A stretch of DNA of 64,000 nucleotides, from assembly GCA_020631475.1 (NCBI GenBank), contig JAHDHE010000002.1, positions 3,803-67,802 of the forward strand. The letters are read 5' to 3'. The DNA is from Tenacibaculum sp. (GTDB lineage Bacteria > Bacteroidota > Bacteroidia > Flavobacteriales > Flavobacteriaceae). Made by a program: the position numbers and the translations under genes. Of the stretch, positions 19,211 to 29,122 are shown one piece after another (position 1 is the stretch's first letter; every line of letters begins with the position of its first letter). The notes beneath the pieces were generated by a model. That model had not been told where the DNA came from, did not search any database, and was given only the letters and a program-made list of their open reading frames with translations.

Positions 19211-20719
19211 ATGGCGTTTCCATTTATAAATTCTATTATTTCTTGGTTTCTAAAAAAACGTAAACACCAAGTAGAATTATTTTTAAAATACCCTATTGAT
19301 GTTCAAAATGAATTATTAACAAAGCTCTTAAACACTGCTAAAAATACCGAGTTTGGAAAACAACACTCGTTTTCATCAATAAAAAACTATACTGATTTTT
19401 CAAACAAAATACCAATTCAGAAATACGAAAGCATAGAACCTCTTATTGAACGCTGTAGAAGAGGTGAACAGAATTTGTTTTGGCCAACTCCTATTCGTTG
19501 GTTCGCAAAATCTAGTGGTACTACCAATGCAAAAAGTAAATTTATCCCAGTAAGTGATGAAGCTCTAGAAGGATGCCATTTAAAAGCTGGAAAAGACATG
19601 TTGTGTTTATACATAAATAACAATGAAGAAACAGAAATGTTTAAAGGAAAGGGACTAAAATTAGGTGGTAGTACTGCAATATACGAAGACAACAATACGT
19701 ATTTTGGCGATTTATCAGCAATTATTACAGAAAACCTTCCTTTTTGGGCAGACTTTAGCTCTGCTCCTAGTTTAGAAGTTTCGTTAATGGCTGAATGGGA
19801 AACTAAAATGGAAGCTATTATTGATGAAACTATTAATGAAAATATTACAAGCTTAGTTGGAGTTCCTAGTTGGATGCTTGTTCTTTTAAATCGCGTTTTA
19901 GAAAAAACAGGAAAAGATAATATATTAGAGGTTTGGCCAAATTTAGAAGTCTATTTTCACGGTGGCATCAACTTTAACCCGTATAGAGAACAGTACAAAA
20001 AATTAATTCCGAAAGCTGATTTTAAGTATTACGAAACCTATAATGCTTCCGAAGGTTTTTTTGGAATTCAAGATCAAAATAATTCTGATGAATTATTACT
20101 AATGTTAGATTATGGTATTTTCTACGAATTTATTCGGATGAATACATACGACGGAGAAAACTCAAAAGCAATTCCACTTTCTGAAGTTAAAAAAGGTGTT
20201 AACTACGCAATTGTAATTACTACAAATGGCGGACTTTGGCGTTATTTAATTGGCGACACTGTAAAGTTTACTTCAACAGATCCTTATCGCATAAAAATAA
20301 CTGGACGTACCAAACATCATATTAATGTTTTTGGTGAAGAATTAATTATTGAAAATGCGGAAGTAGCTTTAAAAGCTGCCAGCGAAAAAACCAACGCGAG
20401 TATTAAAGACTATACAGTAGGACCGATTTTTATGGAAGGCAAAAACAACGGTGCTCATGAATGGATTATCGAATTTGAAAATCCGCCAGAAAACCTAACT
20501 CTTTTTACTGAACTACTCGACAGCGCTTTAAAAAACTGCAATTCAGATTACGAAGCAAAACGTTATAATAACATGACATTAGCAATGCCAAAAGTACATC
20601 AAGCGCGTAAAGGTTTGTTTTATGACTGGTTAAGTTTAAAAGGAAAGTTAGGTGGACAACATAAAGTACCGAGATTATCAAATACTCGTTGGTTTGTTGA
20701 TGAATTGTTAGAACTATAA
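19211..20719 (+). CDS. GH3-family (acyl-adenylate-forming) protein
   Basis: AKSSGTT, YNASEGF, GLWRYLIGD, GGQHKVPRL. Confidence 0.9.
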   Translation: MAFPFINSIISWFLKKRKHQVELFLKYPIDVQNELLTKLLNTAKNTEFGKQHSFSSIKNYTDFSNKIPIQKYESIEPLIERCRRGEQNLFWPTPIRWFAKSSGTTNAKSKFIPVSDEALEGCHLKAGKDMLCLYINNNEETEMFKGKGLKLGGSTAIYEDNNTYFGDLSAIITENLPFWADFSSAPSLEVSLMAEWETKMEAIIDETINENITSLVGVPSWMLVLLNRVLEKTGKDNILEVWPNLEVYFHGGINFNPYREQYKKLIPKADFKYYETYNASEGFFGIQDQNNSDELLLMLDYGIFYEFIRMNTYDGENSKAIPLSEVKKGVNYAIVITTNGGLWRYLIGDTVKFTSTDPYRIKITGRTKHHINVFGEELIIENAEVALKAASEKTNASIKDYTVGPIFMEGKNNGAHEWIIEFENPPENLTLFTELLDSALKNCNSDYEAKRYNNMTLAMPKVHQARKGLFYDWLSLKGKLGGQHKVPRLSNTRWFVDELLEL

Positions 20720-20721
20720 TT

Positions 20722-21282
20722 ATGAATTCTTTCTTAGAAAAAAATGCTTCTTTATTATTAGAAACACCAGAATTAGCTGAAGCTTTTCAAAATATTATGC
20801 ATTTTGAAAAATATCCTAAGCACCATATTTTGCATGAAGCTGGTAATATTTGTAATCATTTTTACATTATAACTTCTGGTATTGCTCGTGTATTTTATTT
20901 TAAAGAAGATAAAGATATTACGGTTCATTTTTCTGCAGAACAAGAAAGTATTACGACTATTGATAGTTTTATTCAACGAAAAAAAAGCAAATACAATATC
21001 GAAGCTCTTGAAGATTTAGAAGTGTTAAAAATAGCCCATGCCGATTTAGAAAACCTATTTGAATCGAACCCTAAATTCGAACGTTTCGGAAGGCTTTTTC
21101 TTCAACAAATTTATATGGATTTAGTAGAACGAATTGACGATTTACAATTGCATACTGCTCAAGAACGATATCAAATTTTATTAGAAAAAAAACCTTATTT
21201 ATTTCAAAGAGTAGCTTCTAAACATATTGCATCTTATTTAGGAATGACTGCAGAAACTTTTAGTAGAATACGAGGAAAATAG
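20722..21282 (+). CDS. Crp/Fnr-family transcriptional regulator
   Basis: cNMP-binding-like N-terminus; C-terminal HTH IASYLGMTAETFSRIR. Confidence 0.92.
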   Translation: MNSFLEKNASLLLETPELAEAFQNIMHFEKYPKHHILHEAGNICNHFYIITSGIARVFYFKEDKDITVHFSAEQESITTIDSFIQRKKSKYNIEALEDLEVLKIAHADLENLFESNPKFERFGRLFLQQIYMDLVERIDDLQLHTAQERYQILLEKKPYLFQRVASKHIASYLGMTAETFSRIRGK

Positions 21283-21283
21283 C

Positions 21284-21331
21284 TTTCTTGATAATTGTCA
21301 AGAAAATTTAAAATACGACCGAATATCTTTG
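21284..21331 (+). promoter_or_regulatory. Crp/Fnr-type dyad plus -7 box
   Basis: TTTCTTGA-N6-TCAAGAAA (core TTGAT-N4-GTCAA, 21288-21301) and TATCTTTG at 21324-21331. Confidence 0.7.
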
Positions 21332-21351
21332 TGTTATAAATCATAAACAAC

Positions 21352-21892
21352 ATGACAATAGCACAAGAATTACAGAATTTTTACACAGAAAATAATTTTG
21401 CCATAGATGGTGGCGAAAGCGAAAAAACGTTTGCTTTAAAGTTTAAATTTTTCACCTTAAACCTACCTAATTCTCAATTCAGAAAAGATGTAATTCACAT
21501 TCATGATATTCAGCATCTTTTATATAAATGCGATACTACTTGGAAAAGGAGAATCTTTTATTGCTGGATGGGAAATTGCTACTGGATTATGGAAACACAT
21601 GCCTATTGGTTTTATGAGTTTATGGGCTATGGGATTTTCTTTATTAAATTACCCTAAAGAAGTTTTAAAAGGATATAAAGCTGGTTTAAAATGCAAAGGT
21701 ATAATCGATTTGAAATTATCTAAAACACAGCTTTTAAACTTATCTATTGATGAATTGAAACAACTTATTACTAAAAAGAAACCCACAAAAATGAATGTAT
21801 TTCAGTGGTGTATTTTTATATTTTGGATACTTATTAGTGAAATAATTTTTCTATTTCCTTTTCTTTTAATTATTGTTTTATTACTTAGTTAA
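21352..21892 (+). pseudogene. Frameshifted Coq4-like HDxxH protein
   Basis: ORFs 21352-21657 and 21503-21892 join if one A is removed from AAAA at 21544-21547, giving HDIQH...TWKGESFIAGWE. Confidence 0.7.
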
Positions 21893-22351
21893 TATTCTAA
21901 TTGGTAATTGATATTGAGTAGCAACAGGAATTCCTCTTTTTATTCCAGGAGAAATTTGTGGTAGTTTTTTTATCGATTTTTTTAATAAACTATCTAGTTT
22001 AGGTAACTGAAATTTTATTTGTTCTGAAGATGACATTTTTAGAAAATTTATTTTTCCTTTATCGTCAATTAATACATCTATCATAATCGTCTCATCAATA
22101 AAATCTTCTGTAGTAAAATGATGTTGTTTTAAACTAACTGATATTCTTTTTTGAATTTCGCTTCTAAAACAATTCGTTTTTGCTTCATCTATAAGGTTTT
22201 TACAATTATCAAAAGACGGAGAAACATCTACTCTAGTAAAATCAATAACAGTATCAAAATCTTGAGATTTTTGTTTTTTCTCAACCGATAAATAATTACA
22301 TGAACTACATATAATTATTGATAAGATAAAAAAGATATAACAAAACCTCAT
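21881..22351 (-). CDS. Lipoprotein with TonB C-terminal-like domain
   Basis: Lipobox CSSC; PGIKRGIPVATQYQLPI tail. Confidence 0.75.
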   Translation of the reverse strand: MRFCYIFFILSIIICSSCNYLSVEKKQKSQDFDTVIDFTRVDVSPSFDNCKNLIDEAKTNCFRSEIQKRISVSLKQHHFTTEDFIDETIMIDVLIDDKGKINFLKMSSSEQIKFQLPKLDSLLKKSIKKLPQISPGIKRGIPVATQYQLPIRILTK

Positions 22352-22387
22352 CTATTTGATTTTTAGATGAAAGTACAAAAAATACTA

Positions 22388-23641
22388 CTATTCTAAAACC
22401 TCACCTTTCATGAAGTAATATTTTTTAATTTCTTTTAATCTAGATTTTACGTGATTAGTTAATAAAGTATCTCTCTTTTCAAACTTACTCATGTAATTAT
22501 TATAAAGTTCGTAAGCTATTTTCTTGTCTTTGTAAAAATTCTCTGAAGTATTTGCTAACTGATACAAGGCTCTATAATTTTTATGATTCTCTTTTACTGC
22601 TTCTTTAAAAAATTCAATTGCTTTTTTTGCATCATTCGTTTGCAAATTTACATATGCCATTCCGTAGTAACCTTTATCTCTAGGTTCTTTTCCTGTAAAA
22701 ACAGACATTAAATACATAAACTCAGCAGTCTTATAATTTTTATCTTTTAAAGCAATATCTCCAAGATATTCATACGATTTATAATCAGACTGATCTATTT
22801 TTAGCGCCTTATCAAAATATTTTTTGGCGCTGTCTAATTGATTTAGTTTCAAAAAACTTCTCCCTAACATTTTCTGAGTATAAAACTCTTTAGGCTGTAT
22901 AGAATCTAGTTTTTTTAATCTAGTAACAACTTCGTTATAGTTTTTACCTAAAAATAAATTATTTATTTTTAATTTATTCAATTTTATATGATTTGGATTT
23001 ACCTTTAATCCTTTATCTATAAAAATAGTAGCAGAGTCTTTATCTCTTAAAAAAGTATATGCTTTTGCTAACTGATGAATTGCTTTTATATGTTCATTAC
23101 CATATTTAAAAGCGTTTAAAAAACTATTAATCTTAGGATTTCTCTTTTTTAACATCGCATAAACCACTCCTAATTGATAATGATAATTGGCATTTTCTTG
23201 ATCTTTGTTTATTAAAAACTCAAAAGTTTTCTTAGCTTTTAAAGGCTGTTTAGTTTGCAAGTACAATTTACCTAACTGGTAATTTATTAATAAATTATCA
23301 CTGTCTTTTTGAACAATTTTTTCAAAAATTGAAATTGCTTTTTGTAGTTTTCTTTCTTTTTGATATGCTTTTCCTAAATTGACTTTAGTTATATAATCAT
23401 CCTTTAACAACAAAGCTTGTTCATAATATTTTGCTGCTTTTTTATAATCATCAATCGAAGCATAAATTTTAGCAGTTTTTACATTAGTTTTGAATGTTGA
23501 TGGTAATTTTTTAAGCTGTACTAAAGCCTTTTTGTAGCGACCAATAGTTAGCAAACTATCAATAGATTTAAAAGCCGAAGTTTGTGCTTCGGCTTTTATG
23601 AATCCAATTACTATAGCAATAATTAAAATTCTCTTTTTCAT
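22388..23641 (-). CDS. Exported tetratricopeptide-repeat protein
   Basis: Signal peptide; repeated LG..Y...A..F.KA TPR pattern. Confidence 0.88.
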   Translation of the reverse strand: MKKRILIIAIVIGFIKAEAQTSAFKSIDSLLTIGRYKKALVQLKKLPSTFKTNVKTAKIYASIDDYKKAAKYYEQALLLKDDYITKVNLGKAYQKERKLQKAISIFEKIVQKDSDNLLINYQLGKLYLQTKQPLKAKKTFEFLINKDQENANYHYQLGVVYAMLKKRNPKINSFLNAFKYGNEHIKAIHQLAKAYTFLRDKDSATIFIDKGLKVNPNHIKLNKLKINNLFLGKNYNEVVTRLKKLDSIQPKEFYTQKMLGRSFLKLNQLDSAKKYFDKALKIDQSDYKSYEYLGDIALKDKNYKTAEFMYLMSVFTGKEPRDKGYYGMAYVNLQTNDAKKAIEFFKEAVKENHKNYRALYQLANTSENFYKDKKIAYELYNNYMSKFEKRDTLLTNHVKSRLKEIKKYYFMKGEVLE

Positions 23642-23647
23642 ATATTT

Positions 23648-24544
23648 TTAATCCTTATTTGACAACCAAGTCATAATATTTAATAATAATTTATAATTAT
23701 CTTCGGCTCCTTCAGCATTCATTCCTACTTTAAATCGATTTCTTCCTGCCAATTGAGCAGTAAACATTGCTGCTTCACCAAAGAATGCAATTTTCCCTTT
23801 TCCGTATTTCATAATGGCTCCTTGCGATAAGCCTTTCGCTGAAAAGTGTTTTGTTTTTTCTGAAAATCGCCACATGGTATCAGGTAAATGTACTCGCATT
23901 TTCTCATTTGTTTTTAATATTGAAATTGCTTTATTCGGAATTTTAAACGCTTGCCCTGTAAATATTTTTATCGATTCTATCTTTTCATATTCTTCAGCTC
24001 CGTTTATGATTTTATGATTCCCTAGCAATGAGTTTTTATTTGTAAAATCAAATATTCCTCTTCGGTTTTCATCAAATAAAAAGCTATCGTAAAAAGTAAA
24101 TCCAAATGCTTTTGCTAATTTTTCACTCGCGCCAGCAAAAGGCATATGATCTGCAATTAAAAATAAAGAACCTCCTTTTTTAACCCAGCTTTTTACAGCT
24201 TTTATTTCCTCTTTAGAAAAAGCACTTGGTGTTGGCACTACAAAAGGACCTCTAGCATTCTCAATTAAAGCATTTGATATTACCAATACTTTTATCCTCT
24301 CTAGACTCTCTTTAGAAAATTTATCATTAAAACCTTTTACTTTAAAACCTACTTGATTTAAAACATTGGCAAATGGTTTAAACCGATTGTCTTTTGTATG
24401 AAAATTATTATGGGCTTCATCTATATATACCTCAACATTCATTTCTCTTTTTTGAATACTAGGCATATATAATGTATCTGATATTTGTTGTGCCATACCA
24501 GATACATTTATACACAATAACAATACGATTATAAAATACCTCAA
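23648..24544 (-). CDS. Exported GATase1-like (DUF4350-type) protein
   Basis: DEAHNNFH, WVKKGGSLFLIADH, GKGKIAFFGEAAMF. Confidence 0.75.
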   Translation of the reverse strand: MRYFIIVLLLCINVSGMAQQISDTLYMPSIQKREMNVEVYIDEAHNNFHTKDNRFKPFANVLNQVGFKVKGFNDKFSKESLERIKVLVISNALIENARGPFVVPTPSAFSKEEIKAVKSWVKKGGSLFLIADHMPFAGASEKLAKAFGFTFYDSFLFDENRRGIFDFTNKNSLLGNHKIINGAEEYEKIESIKIFTGQAFKIPNKAISILKTNEKMRVHLPDTMWRFSEKTKHFSAKGLSQGAIMKYGKGKIAFFGEAAMFTAQLAGRNRFKVGMNAEGAEDNYKLLLNIMTWLSNKD

Positions 24545-24545
24545 C

Positions 24546-26054
24546 TTACTCTACATTAAATGTAATTGGCAATACATAACCTACTTTTACTTTTTTACCT
24601 TTATGCTCACCTGGTTTCATTTTAGGCAATTTTTCAGCTACTCGAATAGCTTCTTCTTTTAAAATTGGATGAGGTGCACGTGCTTTAATGTCGATAATAC
24701 TTCCGTCTTTATCTATTTTAAACTGTACATAAATTCGTTTCTTACCAGGTTCTAAACCTAAACTATTAGCTAGTTTAACATCAAAATTATTAACTACAAA
24801 CTTCATTATTTTTTTATTGAAACATTCTTTATAATCACCTACACAACCTGGAAATGTTGGTGCTTTTTCTATAATTGCAAATGGCACATCATCTTCATAT
24901 ACTTTTTCACTTTCTTCTTTTACATCTATTTTAACAATATCAAAAACAATTATTCTTCTATTATTAAAACCTTCATGAATTTTAAAGCTTAATGGAGATT
25001 TTTTAGATTCTAATCTGTTTTTTAATTCTAAATACTCTTCTTTTTCTTTAAGTGTAAGATCATTGATTGTTAATTCTTTTGTATTAATTCCTTTTCCTCC
25101 CAAATAAACATCCATATAACTACTTTCAGGAGCTATACTTGGTTCTTTTTCTAAATCAGTATAAACTTTTCTTTTTTCTTTTTTTTGCTCAACTAAAGTT
25201 TTCTCGTTTTCAGAACATGAAGTATAAAATACCATACTAGCCAACAACGGAATTAATAATAAATACTTTAATTGCTTAATTTCTTTCGATTTCTTTTTCG
25301 TCATCATAATAACTCTTTTTTTAATTAATGAATGTTTATAAAATTGATTAATAAATGAAATACTCTCTACCTGAAAAATATCTGAGAGTAAATTATTAAT
25401 GTAATTTTCTTTTGGAGTAGACTTGCTTACAATTGCATCAGAAATATACTCATGCACTAATGAAATACGATTTTGATACACATATACCATTGGATTAAAC
25501 CACATAATGATTCTTAAAAACTCAAAAAATAGTAAATCGAATGTGTGCTTTTGTTGGCTATGTACCAACTCATGTTGAATTATCTTTTCTTGCTTTTCAG
25601 CTGGAATTCCTTTTCCTAAAAAGATATAATTAAAGAATGAAAATGCTTTTGAGTTTTCTGGAAGGAACACTAATTTATAAGACGTTCTTTTTTCACTGCC
25701 ATATTTAAAAATAAGTCGGATAATACGCTGCAACTTTATTATAAAAACTACCAAAAACAATAAAGTTCCTAACCAAAACAACACATCTAAATAATTTATA
25801 GATTGATACCAAGCAGCTTGCTCAATAACTTTTTGAGGTGACAGCACTACTTCTGGTAGTAAAATCGTATATTCTATTGGAACCGCTTTTTGAATTGTTG
25901 GTATTTTTAACAACGGTAACACAAAAGAAATCATTGCGGTACTTAGTAAATACCATCTATTTTTTGTAAAAAATGTTTCTTTGCTTAAAAAGAAATCATA
26001 CACCGCAACAAATAGTGCTTGAAATAATATTACTTGGATAATATAGTTTATCAT
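24546..26054 (-). CDS. BlaR1/M56 peptidase with TonB C-terminal domain
   Basis: N-terminal TMs, AFSFF, HELVH, WFNP, EYISD; C-terminal TonB_C (VQFKIDKDG...YVLPITF). Confidence 0.9.
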   Translation of the reverse strand: MINYIIQVILFQALFVAVYDFFLSKETFFTKNRWYLLSTAMISFVLPLLKIPTIQKAVPIEYTILLPEVVLSPQKVIEQAAWYQSINYLDVLFWLGTLLFLVVFIIKLQRIIRLIFKYGSEKRTSYKLVFLPENSKAFSFFNYIFLGKGIPAEKQEKIIQHELVHSQQKHTFDLLFFEFLRIIMWFNPMVYVYQNRISLVHEYISDAIVSKSTPKENYINNLLSDIFQVESISFINQFYKHSLIKKRVIMMTKKKSKEIKQLKYLLLIPLLASMVFYTSCSENEKTLVEQKKEKRKVYTDLEKEPSIAPESSYMDVYLGGKGINTKELTINDLTLKEKEEYLELKNRLESKKSPLSFKIHEGFNNRRIIVFDIVKIDVKEESEKVYEDDVPFAIIEKAPTFPGCVGDYKECFNKKIMKFVVNNFDVKLANSLGLEPGKKRIYVQFKIDKDGSIIDIKARAPHPILKEEAIRVAEKLPKMKPGEHKGKKVKVGYVLPITFNVE

Positions 26055-26419
26055 GATTTCTTGTTTTTATCTACTTCTTTTAAAATACTCTCTAGTTCGT
26101 TGATATCCATTTTGTTTTCTTTCATAAAAAACGACACCATACTTTTAAATGAACCTCCAAAATATCCGTTCATTAACTTGTGTAAACTTTCATTACTGTA
26201 TTCCGATTTTTCAACTAACGGATGATATACATAACCTCTACCTTTTGGTTGATGCCCTACAAACTCTTTAGTTTCTAAAATTCTAATAATTGTTGAAACC
26301 GTATTGTATGCTGGTTTTGGTGCTGGCAATTCAGCAATTACTTCTTTTACCGATGCAACTTTTAAATTCCATAGCACTTGCATTATCTGCTCTTCTGCCT
26401 TTGTTAATTGTTTGCTCAT
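26051..26419 (-). CDS. BlaI/MecI/CopY-family repressor
   Basis: LTKAEEQIMQVLW, AYNTVSTIIRILETK; start set at MSKQ (26419) because the longer start overlaps the promoter. Confidence 0.92.
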   Translation of the reverse strand: MSKQLTKAEEQIMQVLWNLKVASVKEVIAELPAPKPAYNTVSTIIRILETKEFVGHQPKGRGYVYHPLVEKSEYSNESLHKLMNGYFGGSFKSMVSFFMKENKMDINELESILKEVDKNKKS

Positions 26420-26446
26420 TTTTACTAATTGAAATATTTCTTGACA

Positions 26447-26490
26447 CAAATATAACTAAAAAATTAGTTTGAACTAATTTTTTAGTTATA
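26447..26490 (-). promoter_or_regulatory. Promoter with tandem operator dyads for the BlaI-like repressor
   Basis: TATATTTG (minus, 26447-26454) overlapped by a perfect 19-bp inverted repeat made of two AACTAA-N4-TTAGTT boxes. Confidence 0.75.
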
Positions 26491-26550
26491 AAATTATGTA
26501 ACAAACTGTTTACATTTTCGTCATATTTATAAGAAACCATTAAAAACACT

Positions 26551-27051
26551 ATGGATATATTACTTACCCTTCTAGGATTCTTTTTTGTTTGTTTAGGTAT
26601 AATTGGATCGTTTTTACCAATTTTACCAGGACCTATTACTAGTTGGATAGGACTATTGCTATTGCATTTAACCAAAGTTATTCCACAAGATTGGACTTTT
26701 CTTGGAATTACTTTAGCAATTGCAATACTTATATTTTTCTTAGATTATTTTATCCCTGCAATGGGTACAAAACGATTTGGCGGCACAAAATATGGTGTGT
26801 ACGGTACAACTATTGGATTAATAATTGGCCTATTCTCTCCTATTCCATTCGGAATATTAATAGGTGCTTTTTTCGGAGCATTGATAGGCGAACTTATTTA
26901 CGATAGTAATGATACTAACAGAGCTATAAAAGCTTCATTTGGTGCTTTTATAGGTTTTTTAACCTCTGTAACCATTAAGTTTTCGATTTCTTCAGTATAC
27001 TTTATATTATTTATAATGACGGTTTGGGAATATAAAAACGTTTTATTTTAG
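26551..27051 (+). CDS. DUF456-family membrane protein
   Basis: GSFLPILPGP, G.KRFGGTK.G, Gly-rich TM helices. Confidence 0.85.
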   Translation: MDILLTLLGFFFVCLGIIGSFLPILPGPITSWIGLLLLHLTKVIPQDWTFLGITLAIAILIFFLDYFIPAMGTKRFGGTKYGVYGTTIGLIIGLFSPIPFGILIGAFFGALIGELIYDSNDTNRAIKASFGAFIGFLTSVTIKFSISSVYFILFIMTVWEYKNVLF

Positions 27052-27064
27052 TAGAATTTAGAGC

Positions 27065-27172
27065 AAAAAAAAAGCAACCCATTTCAGGGAAGCTTTCCAT
27101 TGGTTAACAAAACCATGACACTATTTAAAGTGCCTAACAACACAACTAAATGCTACTTTATAAAAAAGCAGC
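27065..27172 (-). ncRNA. Candidate small RNA (~108 nt)
   Basis: Promoter TTG(27205-27203)-N19-TATATTTG(27183-27176); three short hairpins; terminator hairpin plus U9 at 27065-27096. Confidence 0.6.
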
Positions 27173-27270
27173 CTGCAAATATACGCCCTTTTTTAAAACC
27201 TACAAGTTTTTTCTTTTATTTTACAAAAAATGTGAATTTGTTATTCATTGTTTAATTCTTCAATTGATTG

Positions 27271-27278
27271 TATCTTTG
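27271..27278 (+). promoter_or_regulatory. -7 promoter box for lysS
   Basis: TATCTTTG with TTG 20 nt upstream. Confidence 0.65.
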
Positions 27279-27308
27279 CCTCTTCATTAAAAATTATAAA
27301 AAATAACC

Positions 27309-29006
27309 ATGCAATTATCAGAACAAGAAGTTGTACGTAGAGAAAAGTTAGGGAGATTACGAGAGTTAAATATTAACCCGTACCCTGCTGATTTATTTCC
27401 ATTAGATTCAAATTCAAAAAAAATAAAACAGGATTTTGAAGAAGGAAAAAAGGTGGTGATTGCTGGTAGATTAATGAGTCGTCGTATTCAAGGAAAAGCT
27501 TCTTTTGCTGAACTACAAGATAGTGAGGGGCGCATACAAGTTTACTTTAATAGAGATGAAATTTGTACGGGAGAAGACAAGACCTTATACAACGAAGTAT
27601 ATAAGAAATTATTAGATATTGGAGATTTCATTGGAATTGAGGGTGAATTGTTCACAACTCAGGTAGGTGAAAAAACTGTAATGGTTAAAGACTTTAAATT
27701 ATTAAGTAAATCTTTAAAACCACTACCGATACCAAAAGTAGATGCTGAAGGAAATACTTTCGACGGATTTACAGATCCTGAAATGCGTTACCGTCAGCGT
27801 TATGCTGATTTAGTGGTAAACCCACATGTAAAAGAAGTATTTGTAAAACGTACAAAATTATTCAATGCAATGCGTTCATTTTTTAATGATGCTGGTTATT
27901 TTGAAGTTGAAACTCCAATTTTACAACCAATTGCAGGTGGTGCAGCAGCAAGACCATTTATTACACATCACAATGCTTTAGATGTTCCTTTATACATGCG
28001 TATCGCAAACGAATTATACTTAAAGCGTTTAATTGTTGGTGGTTTTGACGGAGTTTACGAATTCTCTAAAAACTTCCGTAACGAAGGAATGGATAGAACT
28101 CATAATCCAGAGTTTACAGCAATGGAAATTTATGTAGCTTATAAAGACTACAATTGGATGATGGATTTCACAGAAAAATTATTAGAACATTGTGCGATTG
28201 CTGTTAACGGAACTACTGAGGCTACATTTGGAGAGCATCAGGTAGATTTTAAAGCTCCATATGCTCGTGTAACTATGGCAGATTCTATTAAGCATTTTAC
28301 TGGTTTTGATATTAACGGAAAGTCTGAAGCTGAGTTATTTGAAGCAGCAAAAGGAATGGGTATCGAAGTTGATGCTACAATGGGGAAAGGTAAATTAATT
28401 GATGAAATTTTTGGTGAAAAATGTGAAGGTAATTACATTCAACCAACTTTTATTACAGATTACCCAAAGGAAATGTCTCCACTTTGTAAAGAGCACAGAG
28501 ATAACCCTGAATTAACTGAGCGTTTTGAGTTAATGGTTTGTGGTAAAGAAATTGCAAATGCATATTCTGAATTAAACGACCCTATAGATCAGCGTGAGCG
28601 TTTCGAAGCTCAATTAGAATTAGCAAAACGTGGTGATGACGAAGCTAGTGAGTTTATAGATCAAGATTTTTTACGTGCTTTAGAGTATGGTATGCCCCCA
28701 ACATCTGGTTTAGGAATTGGTATGGATCGTTTAATTATGTATTTAACAAACAATCCTTCGATACAAGAAGTGTTATTTTTCCCTCAAATGAGACCTGAAA
28801 AAAAAGCCCCTACTGTTAAGTTAAATGATGATGAAAAAGCTGTATTAGCTTTAATTGAAAAAGCTGAAAGAATAGATTTAAATGAATTAAAAACTCAAAG
28901 TGGCTTATCAAATAAAAAATGGGATAAAACTATTAAAGGTTTAACAAAAAATAAACTTGCTAAAGTTGAAAAAACTGACGAAGGTTTAATTGTAGAAGTT
29001 GTTTAG
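27309..29006 (+). CDS. lysS: Lysine--tRNA ligase (class II)
   Basis: RYRQRYADL, GGAAARPF, FRNEG, HNPEFT, YGMPPTSGLGIGMDRL. Confidence 0.97.
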   Translation: MQLSEQEVVRREKLGRLRELNINPYPADLFPLDSNSKKIKQDFEEGKKVVIAGRLMSRRIQGKASFAELQDSEGRIQVYFNRDEICTGEDKTLYNEVYKKLLDIGDFIGIEGELFTTQVGEKTVMVKDFKLLSKSLKPLPIPKVDAEGNTFDGFTDPEMRYRQRYADLVVNPHVKEVFVKRTKLFNAMRSFFNDAGYFEVETPILQPIAGGAAARPFITHHNALDVPLYMRIANELYLKRLIVGGFDGVYEFSKNFRNEGMDRTHNPEFTAMEIYVAYKDYNWMMDFTEKLLEHCAIAVNGTTEATFGEHQVDFKAPYARVTMADSIKHFTGFDINGKSEAELFEAAKGMGIEVDATMGKGKLIDEIFGEKCEGNYIQPTFITDYPKEMSPLCKEHRDNPELTERFELMVCGKEIANAYSELNDPIDQRERFEAQLELAKRGDDEASEFIDQDFLRALEYGMPPTSGLGIGMDRLIMYLTNNPSIQEVLFFPQMRPEKKAPTVKLNDDEKAVLALIEKAERIDLNELKTQSGLSNKKWDKTIKGLTKNKLAKVEKTDEGLIVEVV

Positions 29007-29027
29007 TTTTTATAAAATACAATATAG

Positions 29028-29054
29028 AAAGCAACCTAATTAGGTTGCTTTTTT
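29028..29054 (+). terminator. Intrinsic terminator after lysS
   Basis: AAAGCAACCTAATTAGGTTGCTTTTTT. Confidence 0.8.
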
Positions 29055-29122
29055 ATTTCCCTTCACCCCCCTTGATAAGTATCTTTTTTAATTTATCTTT
29101 TTTTCATTAACTTTAACTAGTT

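Noticed and set aside
27115-27255. 46-codon plus-strand ORF (MTLFKVPNNTTK...) upstream of lysS as a leader peptide
   Set aside because: It lies upstream of the lysS -7 box, has no evident promoter, and overlaps the better-supported minus-strand promoter and terminator unit.
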